A stretch of DNA of 64,000 nucleotides from Promethearchaeota archaeon (GCA_016839555.1 JAEOUA010000001.1:224001-288000), one strand, 5' to 3'. Counted from the first letter of the stretch, positions 39,269 through 49,636 are shown. Notes: generated by a model not told the origin, from the sequence alone. Translations and numbers: made by a program.

Positions 39269-40039
39269 TTAAGAGTTATTTTCAATCTTAATCCCAATTG
39301 GGCAATGATCTGATCCGATAATCTCTTCTAATCGATAACTATCCTTTACCTTATCTTTTATTTCTTTATTTATTATAAAATAGTCGATTCTCCATCCAAT
39401 ATTTTTTTCTCTAGCATTATAGCGATAAGTCCAATAAGTATATTTCCCCCCTTCTTGTTCAAATTCTCTGAACGTATCTACATATCCCTTCTTTAAAAAT
39501 CTTGAAAACCATTCTCTTTCTTCAATGGTAAAACCTGCATTCTGTTGATTACCATCTGGATTTGCCAAATCCTTTTCCTTATGGGCAACATTAAAATCTC
39601 CCCCAATTATAACAGCTTTCTCTTCTCTTAATTGCTCGCAAAAATGAAGAAATTCTTTATTAAACCATATTTTAAAATCCAGTCTTTTTAAATTTCTTCC
39701 CGCATTAGGAAAATAAACATTAATAACATAATAATTTTGAAATTCTAAAGTCATTAATCTCCCTTCATCATCGAACTTTTTAATTCCCAGTCCTTTTTGA
39801 ACAGATAATGGTTCTTTTTTAGAAAAAGTTAATATTCCACTATATCCTTTTTTATTTTTTGAAGAACACCAATAAACATCATATTCATCAACATCACTTA
39901 AATTATCTTTTGCGTCCTCTTTTGTAGTTTTAGTCTCTTGAAATAGATATACATCCGCTTTTTGTTCTTTGATAAATTCTATTAATCCCTTCTGAACGCT
40001 TGCTTTAAGACCATTTATGTTCCATGATATTAGATTCAT
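39269..40039 (-). CDS. xth: Exonuclease III / AP endonuclease
   Basis: SWNINGL, QETK, GYSG, VYFPN, GDFNVAH, YTYWTYR, GWRIDY, GSDHCP. Confidence 0.96.
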   Translation of the reverse strand: MNLISWNINGLKASVQKGLIEFIKEQKADVYLFQETKTTKEDAKDNLSDVDEYDVYWCSSKNKKGYSGILTFSKKEPLSVQKGLGIKKFDDEGRLMTLEFQNYYVINVYFPNAGRNLKRLDFKIWFNKEFLHFCEQLREEKAVIIGGDFNVAHKEKDLANPDGNQQNAGFTIEEREWFSRFLKKGYVDTFREFEQEGGKYTYWTYRYNAREKNIGWRIDYFIINKEIKDKVKDSYRLEEIIGSDHCPIGIKIENNS

Positions 40040-40115
40040 AAATTAATATCCTTCTTTTATTATAATTTAAAAAAAGTCCTATAACTTATATAAATAGTTT
40101 TATGAACAAAACTAT

Positions 40116-40436
40116 CTATGAAAACCATAATAAGTCAGATCTCGGAGTTTTGGGTTCTTCTTCGATATTTGAAACACCACCAAACATATACAATTCAATA
40201 TCCGATACTTTTAATCCATGCCTTAATGATACTATTGAGTGCATTAATTCGTGCACCATTATTGAGCCCAGGATAATAAAACCATTAATTAATCCAATGA
40301 TAATAAAATTTATTATATCAGAATTTCCAGTAACAGCGTAATACAATTGCGCGGCGTAAAAACCTACTAATCCAACAATTATTAACGTAGATAAATGTAA
40401 TTTTAACTCAATTCCTTTAACTGTACCAATTTTCAT
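40116..40436 (-). pseudogene. Truncated site-2 (M50) protease; only the N-terminal fragment remains
   Basis: KIGTVKGIELKLH, HELMH (HExxH), ELYMFGGVS..EEEPKTP, then a stop; no AGP or NxxPxxxxDG motif. Confidence 0.78.
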
Positions 40437-41033
40437 CTATATAATTTCACCCAATTTTATATTTAAAAATATATAATCACTTTCCGAAAAATTCGAAAAT
40501 TGATTACTAAATTAATTTATTCTTTTACAATTTCAAAAAAAATTTTCAAATATTAATAAATATGGTCTAAAATTTATAGAATAAGTGAATAGTTCAATTA
40601 TTTTTTAAAACTATAAAAGGATTCTTTTTTTTAATTTATTCAAAAAAATCCTTATACTAGAAATTTTGTTAAGAAAATTTTAATTCTTAATCCAACAATT
40701 TTTCGTTATAATAAATAGAATTTTTGACTTGAAATTAATTATGCCTTATTTTTCCTTTAATATCTTATTTCAATTAAATGCGTGATTTTATTTTTAATAA
40801 TTTAAAAAACTAATAATTAAAAAAATAGATTATATATTTAAGAATAAATAAAAATAAACCCCTAAATTTAAGAAAAAAGATACCCAAAGATCATATAAGA
40901 AAATATACTTAATTGTATATTGATAACAAAGATATTCATATTATAAGAAGTGAATATAAAACACATATCTCAATATATAATAATATATATAATAATTAAA
41001 TAAAAGGTAAAGATAAAATATTTTTGAATTCAA

Positions 41034-41369
41034 ATGGATAATCTAACTGATGAAGTGGTTAATTTACTCAAAGTTTTATCAGATTACACGCGTCTGAATA
41101 TTTTAGAATTATTAAAAGATAATAAAATGTATGCCAACTCGATTCAAAAAAAACTTAAGAAGAGCCAGAGTACGATTAGTCAGCAATTAGGGATTCTCCT
41201 CAATGCGGATATTATTACATATGAGAAGAAAGGAAAAAAGAATTTGTATTCAATAAAGAACCCTCAGATATTAAAAATATTAGCATCAGTTCAAAGATAC
41301 ATCCTTAACCAGAAGAAAGAAAAATTGAAAACTATTGCAGATTTTGACATATACGATACGCTATTTTAA
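41034..41369 (+). CDS. ArsR/SmtB-family regulator
   Basis: LKVLSDYTRLNILELL, SQSTISQQL..L, KKGKKNLYSI. Confidence 0.9.
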   Translation: MDNLTDEVVNLLKVLSDYTRLNILELLKDNKMYANSIQKKLKKSQSTISQQLGILLNADIITYEKKGKKNLYSIKNPQILKILASVQRYILNQKKEKLKTIADFDIYDTLF

Positions 41370-41438
41370 AATAAATAATTTATCTATTTCTATTTTTTAT
41401 CTTTAATCAAACCATATGAAATATGTTCTTTTTAAATA

Positions 41439-42245
41439 TTATATCCCTTTATTAAATTCAAATTTGATTAGCTGGGATAATTCTATTAAACAGTCTTCAA
41501 GCAGGTTAACTCGTTTTATCCATTCTTCTTGAGATTGAAATTCTAAAAGCCATTGTTGATATCCTAAGGATTTAATTTCGTTCTCATACTGATCTGCTGT
41601 TTCCCATTCCAGTCCTTCTACTTCAATGTAATCGGCGGAACGCGCCCATTTCCAGAATAAAATTGGCCATGTTCCGTAGAAACCTGTTTTAGTGACATGT
41701 TCAATGGTAAGAATTTTTTCTGCTAACCTTTTATTAATTATATAGCAGACTGAAATAATATCTTTAATCCCAGAAAAATCTAATATTTTGGATGCTATTT
41801 TATTTACAATACCCTCTGTATAGGTTTGAGTAGGAGGATGAGATGCAAATGCCCTCTTTGTTCGCCCAATATGATAATATTCTTGATTTTCATATTTTAA
41901 AAAAAGTTGTTTTAGCTCATTTGGATAATTATCAAACCAATGTAAAAATCTGTCTAAATCAGAATAAAATATCCTCTCCCTAATAGGATTTTGTATTATA
42001 TCAATCGAATTCTTTAAAGCTTCCTTATATGTATCTATTTGTCTCATAGATGGCGAGGAAATCAATTTAAAATCATTAGTTTCCAGTAAATCTATAATTT
42101 TTTTATTTGTTTCAGGAGTATAACAAATGATTTTTTGAATGAATAAATTATGAATCTTAGGAAAAACTTTCTTTATCAGATTTTCTAACCGCTTGTTTGG
42201 ATCATTTAAGGTTGATGCAAGAATGAATTGGTTTGAATTCGCCAT
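41439..42245 (-). CDS. Conserved hypothetical protein (possible GT-A-like fold)
   Basis: YSDLDRFLHW, IGRTKRAFASHP, IEVEGLEWET. Confidence 0.6.
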   Translation of the reverse strand: MANSNQFILASTLNDPNKRLENLIKKVFPKIHNLFIQKIICYTPETNKKIIDLLETNDFKLISSPSMRQIDTYKEALKNSIDIIQNPIRERIFYSDLDRFLHWFDNYPNELKQLFLKYENQEYYHIGRTKRAFASHPPTQTYTEGIVNKIASKILDFSGIKDIISVCYIINKRLAEKILTIEHVTKTGFYGTWPILFWKWARSADYIEVEGLEWETADQYENEIKSLGYQQWLLEFQSQEEWIKRVNLLEDCLIELSQLIKFEFNKGI

Positions 42246-42296
42246 ACTTATTCCTTCACATTTCAGTTATTTTTCATTAATATATGAAAATATTTA

Positions 42297-43274
42297 TTAT
42301 TTGGAATATTGAAGCATTTTATTAATAGGATTTAACGCTCGTTGAGCAATCTCTTCGGGAACTTTCACCTCATATTCTACAAGCTTTTTAGATTTATTTT
42401 TATCTAGAAGTTTTAATATTTTTTCTATTGTTTGAAGCTTGTTTTTCTTCATATCTTTACATATGAGGTTTTGAGATGGTAAATAGAATTTATTATTGGG
42501 AAAATCTGCCGCTAATCTGTCAAGAAGCCCTTTTTCTGTTCCAATTATGAAGTCTTTATAATTCTTATAATTTTTTTTTACATAATTATACATCCCTGCT
42601 GTAGAGCCAATAAAATCGGCATAATCCCTCACTTCTTGAATACATTCTGGATGAACTAACACTTTTGAGTTTGGATGAGCATTATGAGTGAATTTAACTT
42701 TATCTAACGTTAAATGTGAATGTACGTAACAATGCCCATCTCCCGGAATTTTAATAATCTTTACTCCTGATTTCTCTTCAGCATATTCCGCTAAATTATT
42801 ATCTGGTCCAAATAACACTTCATTTACATTAAATTCTTCTTTAATTCTTTTCACAATGTAAACAGAATTAGAAGAGGTACAGCAAACATCTGATTCTGCC
42901 TTAACTGCCGCTGTAGTATTAACATATGTTACAACTGGAAGCTCGGGATATGCTCTTCTAAACTCTTTAACAATATTCGGATTTAAAAAATTAGCTAATG
43001 GACAACATGCTTCTTTCTCGGGAACCAATATATGTTTATCTTGGTTTAAAATAGAAGCAGTTTCAGCCATAAATAATACCCCAGCAAAGATGATATATTT
43101 TGTTTTTGTTTTTCTATTAGCTATTTGAGATAAACCCAGTGAATCTCCTAAATAATCCGCGATTTCTTGGATTTCTATATCTTGATAATAATGAGCTAAA
43201 ATTGTAACATCATTATTTTCTTTCAATCTAACTATATTTTTTTGTAATTCTTTAATAGACATGCTAAATTGCAT
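42297..43274 (-). CDS. nadA: Quinolinate synthase
   Basis: ILAHYYQ, GDSL, FMAETA, ACCPLA, YVNT, CCTSSN, GHCYVH, VHPEC, ICKDMK. Confidence 0.96.
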   Translation of the reverse strand: MQFSMSIKELQKNIVRLKENNDVTILAHYYQDIEIQEIADYLGDSLGLSQIANRKTKTKYIIFAGVLFMAETASILNQDKHILVPEKEACCPLANFLNPNIVKEFRRAYPELPVVTYVNTTAAVKAESDVCCTSSNSVYIVKRIKEEFNVNEVLFGPDNNLAEYAEEKSGVKIIKIPGDGHCYVHSHLTLDKVKFTHNAHPNSKVLVHPECIQEVRDYADFIGSTAGMYNYVKKNYKNYKDFIIGTEKGLLDRLAADFPNNKFYLPSQNLICKDMKKNKLQTIEKILKLLDKNKSKKLVEYEVKVPEEIAQRALNPINKMLQYSK

Positions 43275-43444
43275 CTTTTTTAAATGGTTTTAAATAGAAA
43301 AATAATTTGCTACTTTTTAAAGCATTCAATAATAATTTTAACTTACTCAAACTAATTTAATTTCGATTAAAAATTTTATATTACTATATAATAAATTAAA
43401 CTCGGATGATCTGGATCTAAATCTCCCAAAGAAATATTCCTTAA

Positions 43445-44662
43445 TTAAATAAGGTGATATTTTTCAGCAATTTCGAGGAACACTTGGGTAAAATATTTCA
43501 CTTGATCCCAACTGAGATTAAATGTATTAAATTTTATCTCTTTTGAAATTCCTGGTAATAATCCCAGAATACCGCGCTCTTTAAATTCCTCTCTAAGGAA
43601 AAATCCTCTTCTTGAATGCGTTTCCGCCACTTTTTCAAAACAAGGCGTTTCTATATTTGTTAAAGGATGTTTTTTAGGTAATTTTCCTAATACTTTTAAA
43701 TCTTTAATTTTTTGGATATTATCTATGACATAATTCGCTTTTTCAGCTTCTTGTTTCACATATTTTTCTTGAGTGCGTTTCACGATTGTTGGAAAACTTG
43801 CCATTAAAGTAATTAACGGGGCTCCATAAACTGGAGGACAGCCCATAAATGTACAAATTTTATTTGGAAATGACTTATTAGTGAGGTTTCCTTCGATTTT
43901 GGAATGAACCATCACATCATCATAATATTTATCTTTAAATCCTAACAGGCCAATAGGTCCTGAGGCGGCCATAGATTTATGCCCACTACAAGCTAAAAAA
44001 TCAATGTGAGATTTATTACAATCAATTGGTAGAATCCCTCCTGAATAAGCAGCATTCAGTAAAAAAGGGATTTTAAATTCTTTACAAATTTCTCCTATTG
44101 GTTTAGGATTATTATAGTTTCCATATTTATAATCTACATGAGTTAAAACGACTAATAAGGGGAGTTCTCCTTCATCTTTTTGTAATTGCTCGATGGCGGC
44201 TCGAAAATCTTCACTCTTAAGCTCAAATTCGGGATAACCGGTATTTGGAACTTCTTTTACTCGTAAATTATTAGTTTCAATCGCTAAATAAGTTGTATAA
44301 TGCGATAAGCTGTCTATTATTACTGTTTTTCTCTTAGGAAATTTTTCAGATAAAACCTTCATCGCAATCTGTTTAGATTTTCTGGCAGCTGCAGTAGGCA
44401 TCACATTATCAATATTAAAATAAGTAGCCACATCCTTTAAGAAATCAACCACGGGAGGATTCTCAATTTTATCAATTCTTCCCTTAAGACAATTATCACA
44501 GAGACTATAACCGTCGCCATATGAAATTAATGATTTATATGCCTCTGGTGTTAAAATCCCACCTCTCTGAATGGGGTGGATATTAATAAATTCTTCATTT
44601 ACCGTTCTGCTTAAATGAGCATATTTTTGTTTTAACTCATTATTGTATTTTAAATCTGTCAA
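43445..44662 (-). CDS. pscS: O-phosphoseryl-tRNA:Cys-tRNA synthase (SepCysS)
   Basis: INIHPIQRGG, GDGYSLCDNC, HYTT, LLNAAY, SGHKS (PLP Lys), MGC, RRGFFL. Confidence 0.92.
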   Translation of the reverse strand: MTDLKYNNELKQKYAHLSRTVNEEFINIHPIQRGGILTPEAYKSLISYGDGYSLCDNCLKGRIDKIENPPVVDFLKDVATYFNIDNVMPTAAARKSKQIAMKVLSEKFPKRKTVIIDSLSHYTTYLAIETNNLRVKEVPNTGYPEFELKSEDFRAAIEQLQKDEGELPLLVVLTHVDYKYGNYNNPKPIGEICKEFKIPFLLNAAYSGGILPIDCNKSHIDFLACSGHKSMAASGPIGLLGFKDKYYDDVMVHSKIEGNLTNKSFPNKICTFMGCPPVYGAPLITLMASFPTIVKRTQEKYVKQEAEKANYVIDNIQKIKDLKVLGKLPKKHPLTNIETPCFEKVAETHSRRGFFLREEFKERGILGLLPGISKEIKFNTFNLSWDQVKYFTQVFLEIAEKYHLI

Positions 44663-44809
44663 ATCTTTCCAAAAATGTTTCTAATAGTTATTATTTAAAA
44701 TAATCCATAAGATTTTAAAATAATTTTTATAATGGATTAAATATAAAAATTTATTGAGTAAAATATCCAAAATTTATAAATTAAAAGAAAAAAAAATTAT
44801 TAAATGGGA

Positions 44810-45589
44810 TTATTTTGGAAAAACTCTTCCATCAGGGTCGATTACTTCATGTATTATTCTTAAATCTTCTTCTGTTGGTGGTGTAGTAGTTCCAATATCT
44901 TCTGAAATCTTAAATTTAAAACCGGTTGCTTTTATCACATCTTCAACCGTGATACCTGGATGAGTAGCAATTAATCTCATAACTTTAGTTTCGGGATCAA
45001 AATCAAATAAGCATAAATCAGTTATCACTTTAGAGGGACCCGTTCCCGGAGATAATCCTTCTTCTTCACGAGCATTGGGACCATATAAATACCCCGGTGT
45101 AGTAATAAAATCTACTTTTTCCACAAATCTTCTTGGGCTATGGCGATCCATGATTATTAACGTTTCCCATGCGAGTGATCCAAAGTCGTTTGCACCCCCT
45201 GAACCGGGAAATCTCACTTTGGGGATGTCATAATTATCACCAATCATGGTTGAATTCAAATTTCCATATTTATCTATTTGGGCTCCGCCCAAAAAAGCAT
45301 AGTCTATAAATCCTCTACGCATGGTATCCATTATATCTATTAGAGTAGTTGTGCATAATGCTTTATGGATCGTTCGTGAATCTCCTACAGATATAGGTAA
45401 TGTTGGTAATTGTGGAGCAATTCCCCCTGCTTCAAAAAATATTACTAAATTTGGAGCATGAGTCTGTTGTGCCAGCATCGCAGCTACTAAAGGCAATCCG
45501 GTTCCAACCGCAACGGATTTACCATCTCCTAATTGTCTTGCAGCAACCACCGCCATTAATTCTCTTAATGTGTAATTTTTTTTCGCCAT
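44810..45589 (-). CDS. Family I CoA-transferase beta subunit (GctB-like)
   Basis: VGTGLP, FFEAG (catalytic Glu), FLGGAQIDKYGNLN, PGSGGAND, VITDL. Confidence 0.9.
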   Translation of the reverse strand: MAKKNYTLRELMAVVAARQLGDGKSVAVGTGLPLVAAMLAQQTHAPNLVIFFEAGGIAPQLPTLPISVGDSRTIHKALCTTTLIDIMDTMRRGFIDYAFLGGAQIDKYGNLNSTMIGDNYDIPKVRFPGSGGANDFGSLAWETLIIMDRHSPRRFVEKVDFITTPGYLYGPNAREEEGLSPGTGPSKVITDLCLFDFDPETKVMRLIATHPGITVEDVIKATGFKFKISEDIGTTTPPTEEDLRIIHEVIDPDGRVFPK

Positions 45590-45596
45590 TTTTTAC

Positions 45597-46610
45597 TCAC
45601 CTCACAGGAGGTCTTAAAAATTCTAAATCTCTAAGATTATATAGTCTCTTAGCTCCTATTTTTGTTAGATATTCATCAAAATCATTAAGACTATATACCC
45701 ATTCATCTAACCATCTTTCTATAACTTGCGGATCATTATCCCTTCCTGCGGCTAAATAGTCTTCGGTAAATTGATGATCGAAATAATACTTATAAGGCAT
45801 GTTTCCTGGGTGGGATCCCCACGGTTGTTCTATAACGGCATCAACCATATAGAAAGGAATTATAGTTTTTCCAGGGTCAGCTCTTATTTTTTCGTCACTA
45901 ATCAATTCTTCACATGTTACTATCACTCTTTTAGAAGCTCTTGCTTGTAAATCATCCTTGACTATATGGCCATCAATTTGAACGTCTCCATACATATCTG
46001 CTTTATGAGCGTGTATAATACATACATCTGGGTTAAGTGAAGGGAGTAATAATACTTTCTCTCCTGTAAATGGACATTTTACTACCTTTCCTGGAGAATG
46101 CATCATTGTATCAGTACCTAACATTACTTTAACTGGAATAAATGGAACACCCTGAGCGCCAGCTCTTATTCTATATGACATTGCCCCATTAGTATAATCT
46201 GCCTTTTTTACCTCTCCGCTTTCAAAAAGCCTTCTCTGAACCCCAGAAAGGCCTCTTAATTCGAATCCTACTACATATGCTATATCAACATTAGAAACAC
46301 ATCCTCCTGCCATTAATACATCTATATCTTGCACAGCAGTATGTCCAGCTACAGATAAATTTTTAATTTTTTGTCTTACAATCTCATAAATTAATGCCAT
46401 TGGAATCCTTATATGCCCAAATCCTCCAATAGCAATATAATCTCCATCTTTGACGAATTTTTTGATTGCATCTTTTATTCTCATGCGTTTATCGATTAAA
46501 GCACGAGGTTTATTTATTCTTGTCCAATTTCTTATTTCTGTAGGTGTATTTTTACAAAAGATCTCTCCTGTCCCTTCTTTCAGAATTTTCATTTCAGATA
46601 TTTTTAACAC
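45597..46610 (-). CDS. Family I CoA-transferase alpha subunit (GctA-like)
   Basis: VKDGD.IAIGGF, PMALIYEI, AGAQGVPF, IHAHKADMYG, GSHP; start may be ATG 46592. Confidence 0.9.
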   Translation of the reverse strand: MLKISEMKILKEGTGEIFCKNTPTEIRNWTRINKPRALIDKRMRIKDAIKKFVKDGDYIAIGGFGHIRIPMALIYEIVRQKIKNLSVAGHTAVQDIDVLMAGGCVSNVDIAYVVGFELRGLSGVQRRLFESGEVKKADYTNGAMSYRIRAGAQGVPFIPVKVMLGTDTMMHSPGKVVKCPFTGEKVLLLPSLNPDVCIIHAHKADMYGDVQIDGHIVKDDLQARASKRVIVTCEELISDEKIRADPGKTIIPFYMVDAVIEQPWGSHPGNMPYKYYFDHQFTEDYLAAGRDNDPQVIERWLDEWVYSLNDFDEYLTKIGAKRLYNLRDLEFLRPPVR

Positions 46611-46968
46611 CTTTTGTTTATGAATCTTTTCTAAGTATTAAAATGAATAATTTCATTAATAAATTTATTTAAAACATTAATTATATTCATAAAGACAATA
46701 TTTCTTGTCAATATGATAAAATTTTTTAACTTTATAAAAGAATTGCTAAGTATTAATGAGATAAGGCATTTAATTATGATTAAATTCAAATACTACTTAC
46801 TTGTAAGAATAAAAATGAATATTTTTTATTAGATTGCTTATAATGAGAAAGATTTACTGTTTAATAACCATTTTCTCGTTATTTTTATTAAGTTTTTTGG
46901 AACTTTTAAAAAATATACAAATGGTATATTTAGGATATTATATTTACTAAAACAAACTGATTTTAAAA

Positions 46969-47517
46969 ATGCCAATAATTATACCTAGTCCTAGGACGGG
47001 AAAAACACCTCAGATTCATGAAAATGTGTTTATTGCTCCTAATGCTGTAATTATCGGGGATGTTCATTTAAAGGAGGGCGTAAATGTATGGTTCGGAGCC
47101 GTTTTAAGGGCTGAATGGGGCACAATCCAAGTAGGGAAGAACACAAGTATCCAAGAGCATGTAACAATTCATATAGAAGTAGGAAAATCAGCTATAATCG
47201 GCTCTGATTGCATTATTGGGCATCATGCGATGATTCATGGACCTTGTGAGATTGCAGATGGCTGTTTGGTAGGAATTGGTTCACAAGTATTACATAATTC
47301 TAAATTAGGAGAAGGATGCGTACTAGCAGCAGGAGCAGTTTTGTTAAATAAAGAAATTCCACCTCGAAGTTTAGCAGTCGGTATACCCGCAACTGTTAAA
47401 AAAGAAGGAATTTATAGCGGAAAGTTGGAAGGATCAAAAACCTCAGGGGAATATGCTAAAAACGGGGCTTACTTTAAAAAGTACTTTCAAGATAATCCAG
47501 ATTCAGTCAATATTTAA
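46969..47517 (+). CDS. Gamma-carbonic anhydrase/PaaY-CaiE family hexapeptide-repeat protein
   Basis: IAPNAVIIGDV, VWFGAVLR, three His (TIH, IGH, MIHG), AVGIPA. Confidence 0.9.
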   Translation: MPIIIPSPRTGKTPQIHENVFIAPNAVIIGDVHLKEGVNVWFGAVLRAEWGTIQVGKNTSIQEHVTIHIEVGKSAIIGSDCIIGHHAMIHGPCEIADGCLVGIGSQVLHNSKLGEGCVLAAGAVLLNKEIPPRSLAVGIPATVKKEGIYSGKLEGSKTSGEYAKNGAYFKKYFQDNPDSVNI

Positions 47518-47586
47518 TCTTTTTCTCTTTTTCCATCGCTTAAGCCCTTTATATTAAAAGTTTATAGTTGTTATATAACTTCTCTC

Positions 47587-48321
47587 TTAATGAGAGCAAA
47601 TACACGCATCATTTTTTACCACATCGATTTTATTGAAACTCATATCCAGGAGGTTAACCATTAGCAACTTGTTTTCCAAATTTGGCAGCCCTAACACTGT
47701 TTTAATTACTTCCAATGCTTCCATAGTACCTAGGATTCCCGGAGTAGCCCCAAGAACAGGTAAAGGAGATATACTAACTCGTTCAGTTACAGGTTCTGAA
47801 AATACACACTGATAGCACGCACTTGTTTTTGGGTCTACAGTAATGATCTGACCATAGAAGTCCTTTATTCCCGCTATTACACAATGAATTCCTTTTTGGA
47901 CCGCAATTCGATTGATTAAAAATTTTGTTTTCATATTATCGCTACAATCCACAATAAAATCCTTATTTTGGGCATATTTTTGCATAGATTCTTCGGTTAC
48001 ATAATCTTTGTGGGCGTAAATAGATACATTGGAATTTAATGCGGTTAATCTTTTTTCCGCTATTCGGACCTTATCTTTTTCTATATCTTCTTCCGTATAA
48101 AGTATTTGACGGTGTAGATTTGATAAGGAGATGGTATCATTATCAATTATAGTAAGTTCTCCGATACCTGCTGCTACTAAATAAAATGCGCACGATGATC
48201 CGAGTCCACCGGCTCCAATTTGAAGGACTTTAGTTTGTGATAATTTTTCTTGCCCCTCTTCTCCAATAGATTTCGAAATTATTTGTCTTGAATACCTTTC
48301 TTTTTCTTTTTCATTTAACAT
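47587..48321 (-). CDS. ThiF/MoeB (E1-like) adenylyltransferase
   Basis: RYSRQI, IGAGGLG, DNDTISLSNLHRQ, VDCSDN, ACYQC; no Cys in the crossover loop. Confidence 0.92.
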   Translation of the reverse strand: MLNEKEKERYSRQIISKSIGEEGQEKLSQTKVLQIGAGGLGSSCAFYLVAAGIGELTIIDNDTISLSNLHRQILYTEEDIEKDKVRIAEKRLTALNSNVSIYAHKDYVTEESMQKYAQNKDFIVDCSDNMKTKFLINRIAVQKGIHCVIAGIKDFYGQIITVDPKTSACYQCVFSEPVTERVSISPLPVLGATPGILGTMEALEVIKTVLGLPNLENKLLMVNLLDMSFNKIDVVKNDACICSH

Positions 48322-48582
48322 TCTAAAAATTCCTTTTAATTCTTTAAATTATGGCATCTAATATAATCTATATGTTTTAAATTACTTTTGAATAAACTAA
48401 ATCAATTAATAAATAGCGTTTATATTAATTTTATTTTAACGGTTTTTTCTGATTACTTTTAATTATTTGATATTATTTTTATTTAGAAGACAAGAATACC
48501 ACTTTTCTTCTAAATAATGAATCTATTAAATTTATGGAATCTAATAAGAAGGAGAATTTACTATATTTTAAAATAGGTGGTA

Positions 48583-48786
48583 TTATTTGTTATTAAAAGC
48601 TTTTGTACCGTTAAAACTTCTTGTTCTAGTATTCCAAGAGGGACTTCTTAATTTTGTGGTTCTACCAAACCCGCAGCTCGCACAATATCCTTTCCTTCTA
48701 TGGAATGAATGGTTCCCACAACGTCGACAAGTAGTATGTGTTGCTGTTTTATTTTTCTTTCCTTTACTAGCGGTTCCTTTTCCCAT
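48583..48786 (-). CDS. rpl37e: Large-subunit ribosomal protein eL37
   Basis: [24 protein letters not shown]; GGGGGA RBS. Confidence 0.96.
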   Translation of the reverse strand: MGKGTASKGKKNKTATHTTCRRCGNHSFHRRKGYCASCGFGRTTKLRSPSWNTRTRSFNGTKAFNNK

Positions 48787-48800
48787 ATTAAATCCCCCCT

Positions 48801-49121
48801 TTAATATCCCTCTTCATCTGGTTCTTCTTGATATCTAATCTTTCTTTTCCCTTCATCCTCATCAATATCTCCAGTAAATAGTAATTTCTCACGATCTTGT
48901 CCAATAAATATAATTGATGCTCCCCGAATCATGACAGTACCAAGGGCTTTGCTTCGTTTACCCCCTCTCCCAAAATAGATCTCTTTGGCATCTTCAACGA
49001 TTAAATTCATATAGTTATCGAATTTTACTAATTTTCCCGTGAGGTAGGTATTCCATATTTTCAGTTTTATACGCACTTTTTCCTTTAAAATTGCCTTGCT
49101 CAATGTTCGAGAAATTGCCAC
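48801..49121 (-). CDS. Sm/Lsm-like protein with an acidic C-terminal tail
   Basis: Sm1 motif [12 protein letters not shown], Sm2 motif IRGASI; canonical archaeal position upstream of rpl37e; GTG start. Confidence 0.9.
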   Translation of the reverse strand: MAISRTLSKAILKEKVRIKLKIWNTYLTGKLVKFDNYMNLIVEDAKEIYFGRGGKRSKALGTVMIRGASIIFIGQDREKLLFTGDIDEDEGKRKIRYQEEPDEEGY

Positions 49122-49636
49122 GTGTCAGAACCTTTTGTTTATGATAAAAAAGATTAAACTTTGAAATGAGTTAGTATTACTAAATATTTGTGGTTTATTA
49201 ATTTTACACTTTATGAGTTTGATGAGAAAGATTATTCTTTCTTGATTATATTGAATATTGATTCTTTTAAGCCTTTGAAGAAGCCACAGACTTTTTCGGC
49301 TATTGCTCGACATCTGCGCAAGTAATACAAGATATTTCTTTGCATCAATTAATCGGGTGTATAGTACTGGAAGGAACATTTTTAAATTTATTATGAAGAT
49401 CATAAGTAAGTAATAAATTTTATATCACACTTATCCTCAAAAATGATAAATGGATTCTCTTTAATTTGCTATTTACAAAACGTTTTAATTCTTTTAATCT
49501 ATAAGAAAGCATATCATTAAAAATAATAAGATATAACCAAGTTAAATTATCATCATCTCTATGATTATTCATTATTTTTTTAAATTTTAAAAGATTTTAT
49601 ATTAAAGAACGCTTAAAATAGGATGGGGTAAAAAAA

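Noticed and set aside
40437-41033. AT-rich spacer as a replication origin
   Set aside because: No ORB-like repeats with G-strings and no adjacent orc1/cdc6 gene.
49125-49403. 92-aa ORF upstream of Lsm as a real CDS
   Set aside because: No motifs, and the composition (I/F/K/N-rich, almost no acidic residues) is typical of AT-rich shadow ORFs.
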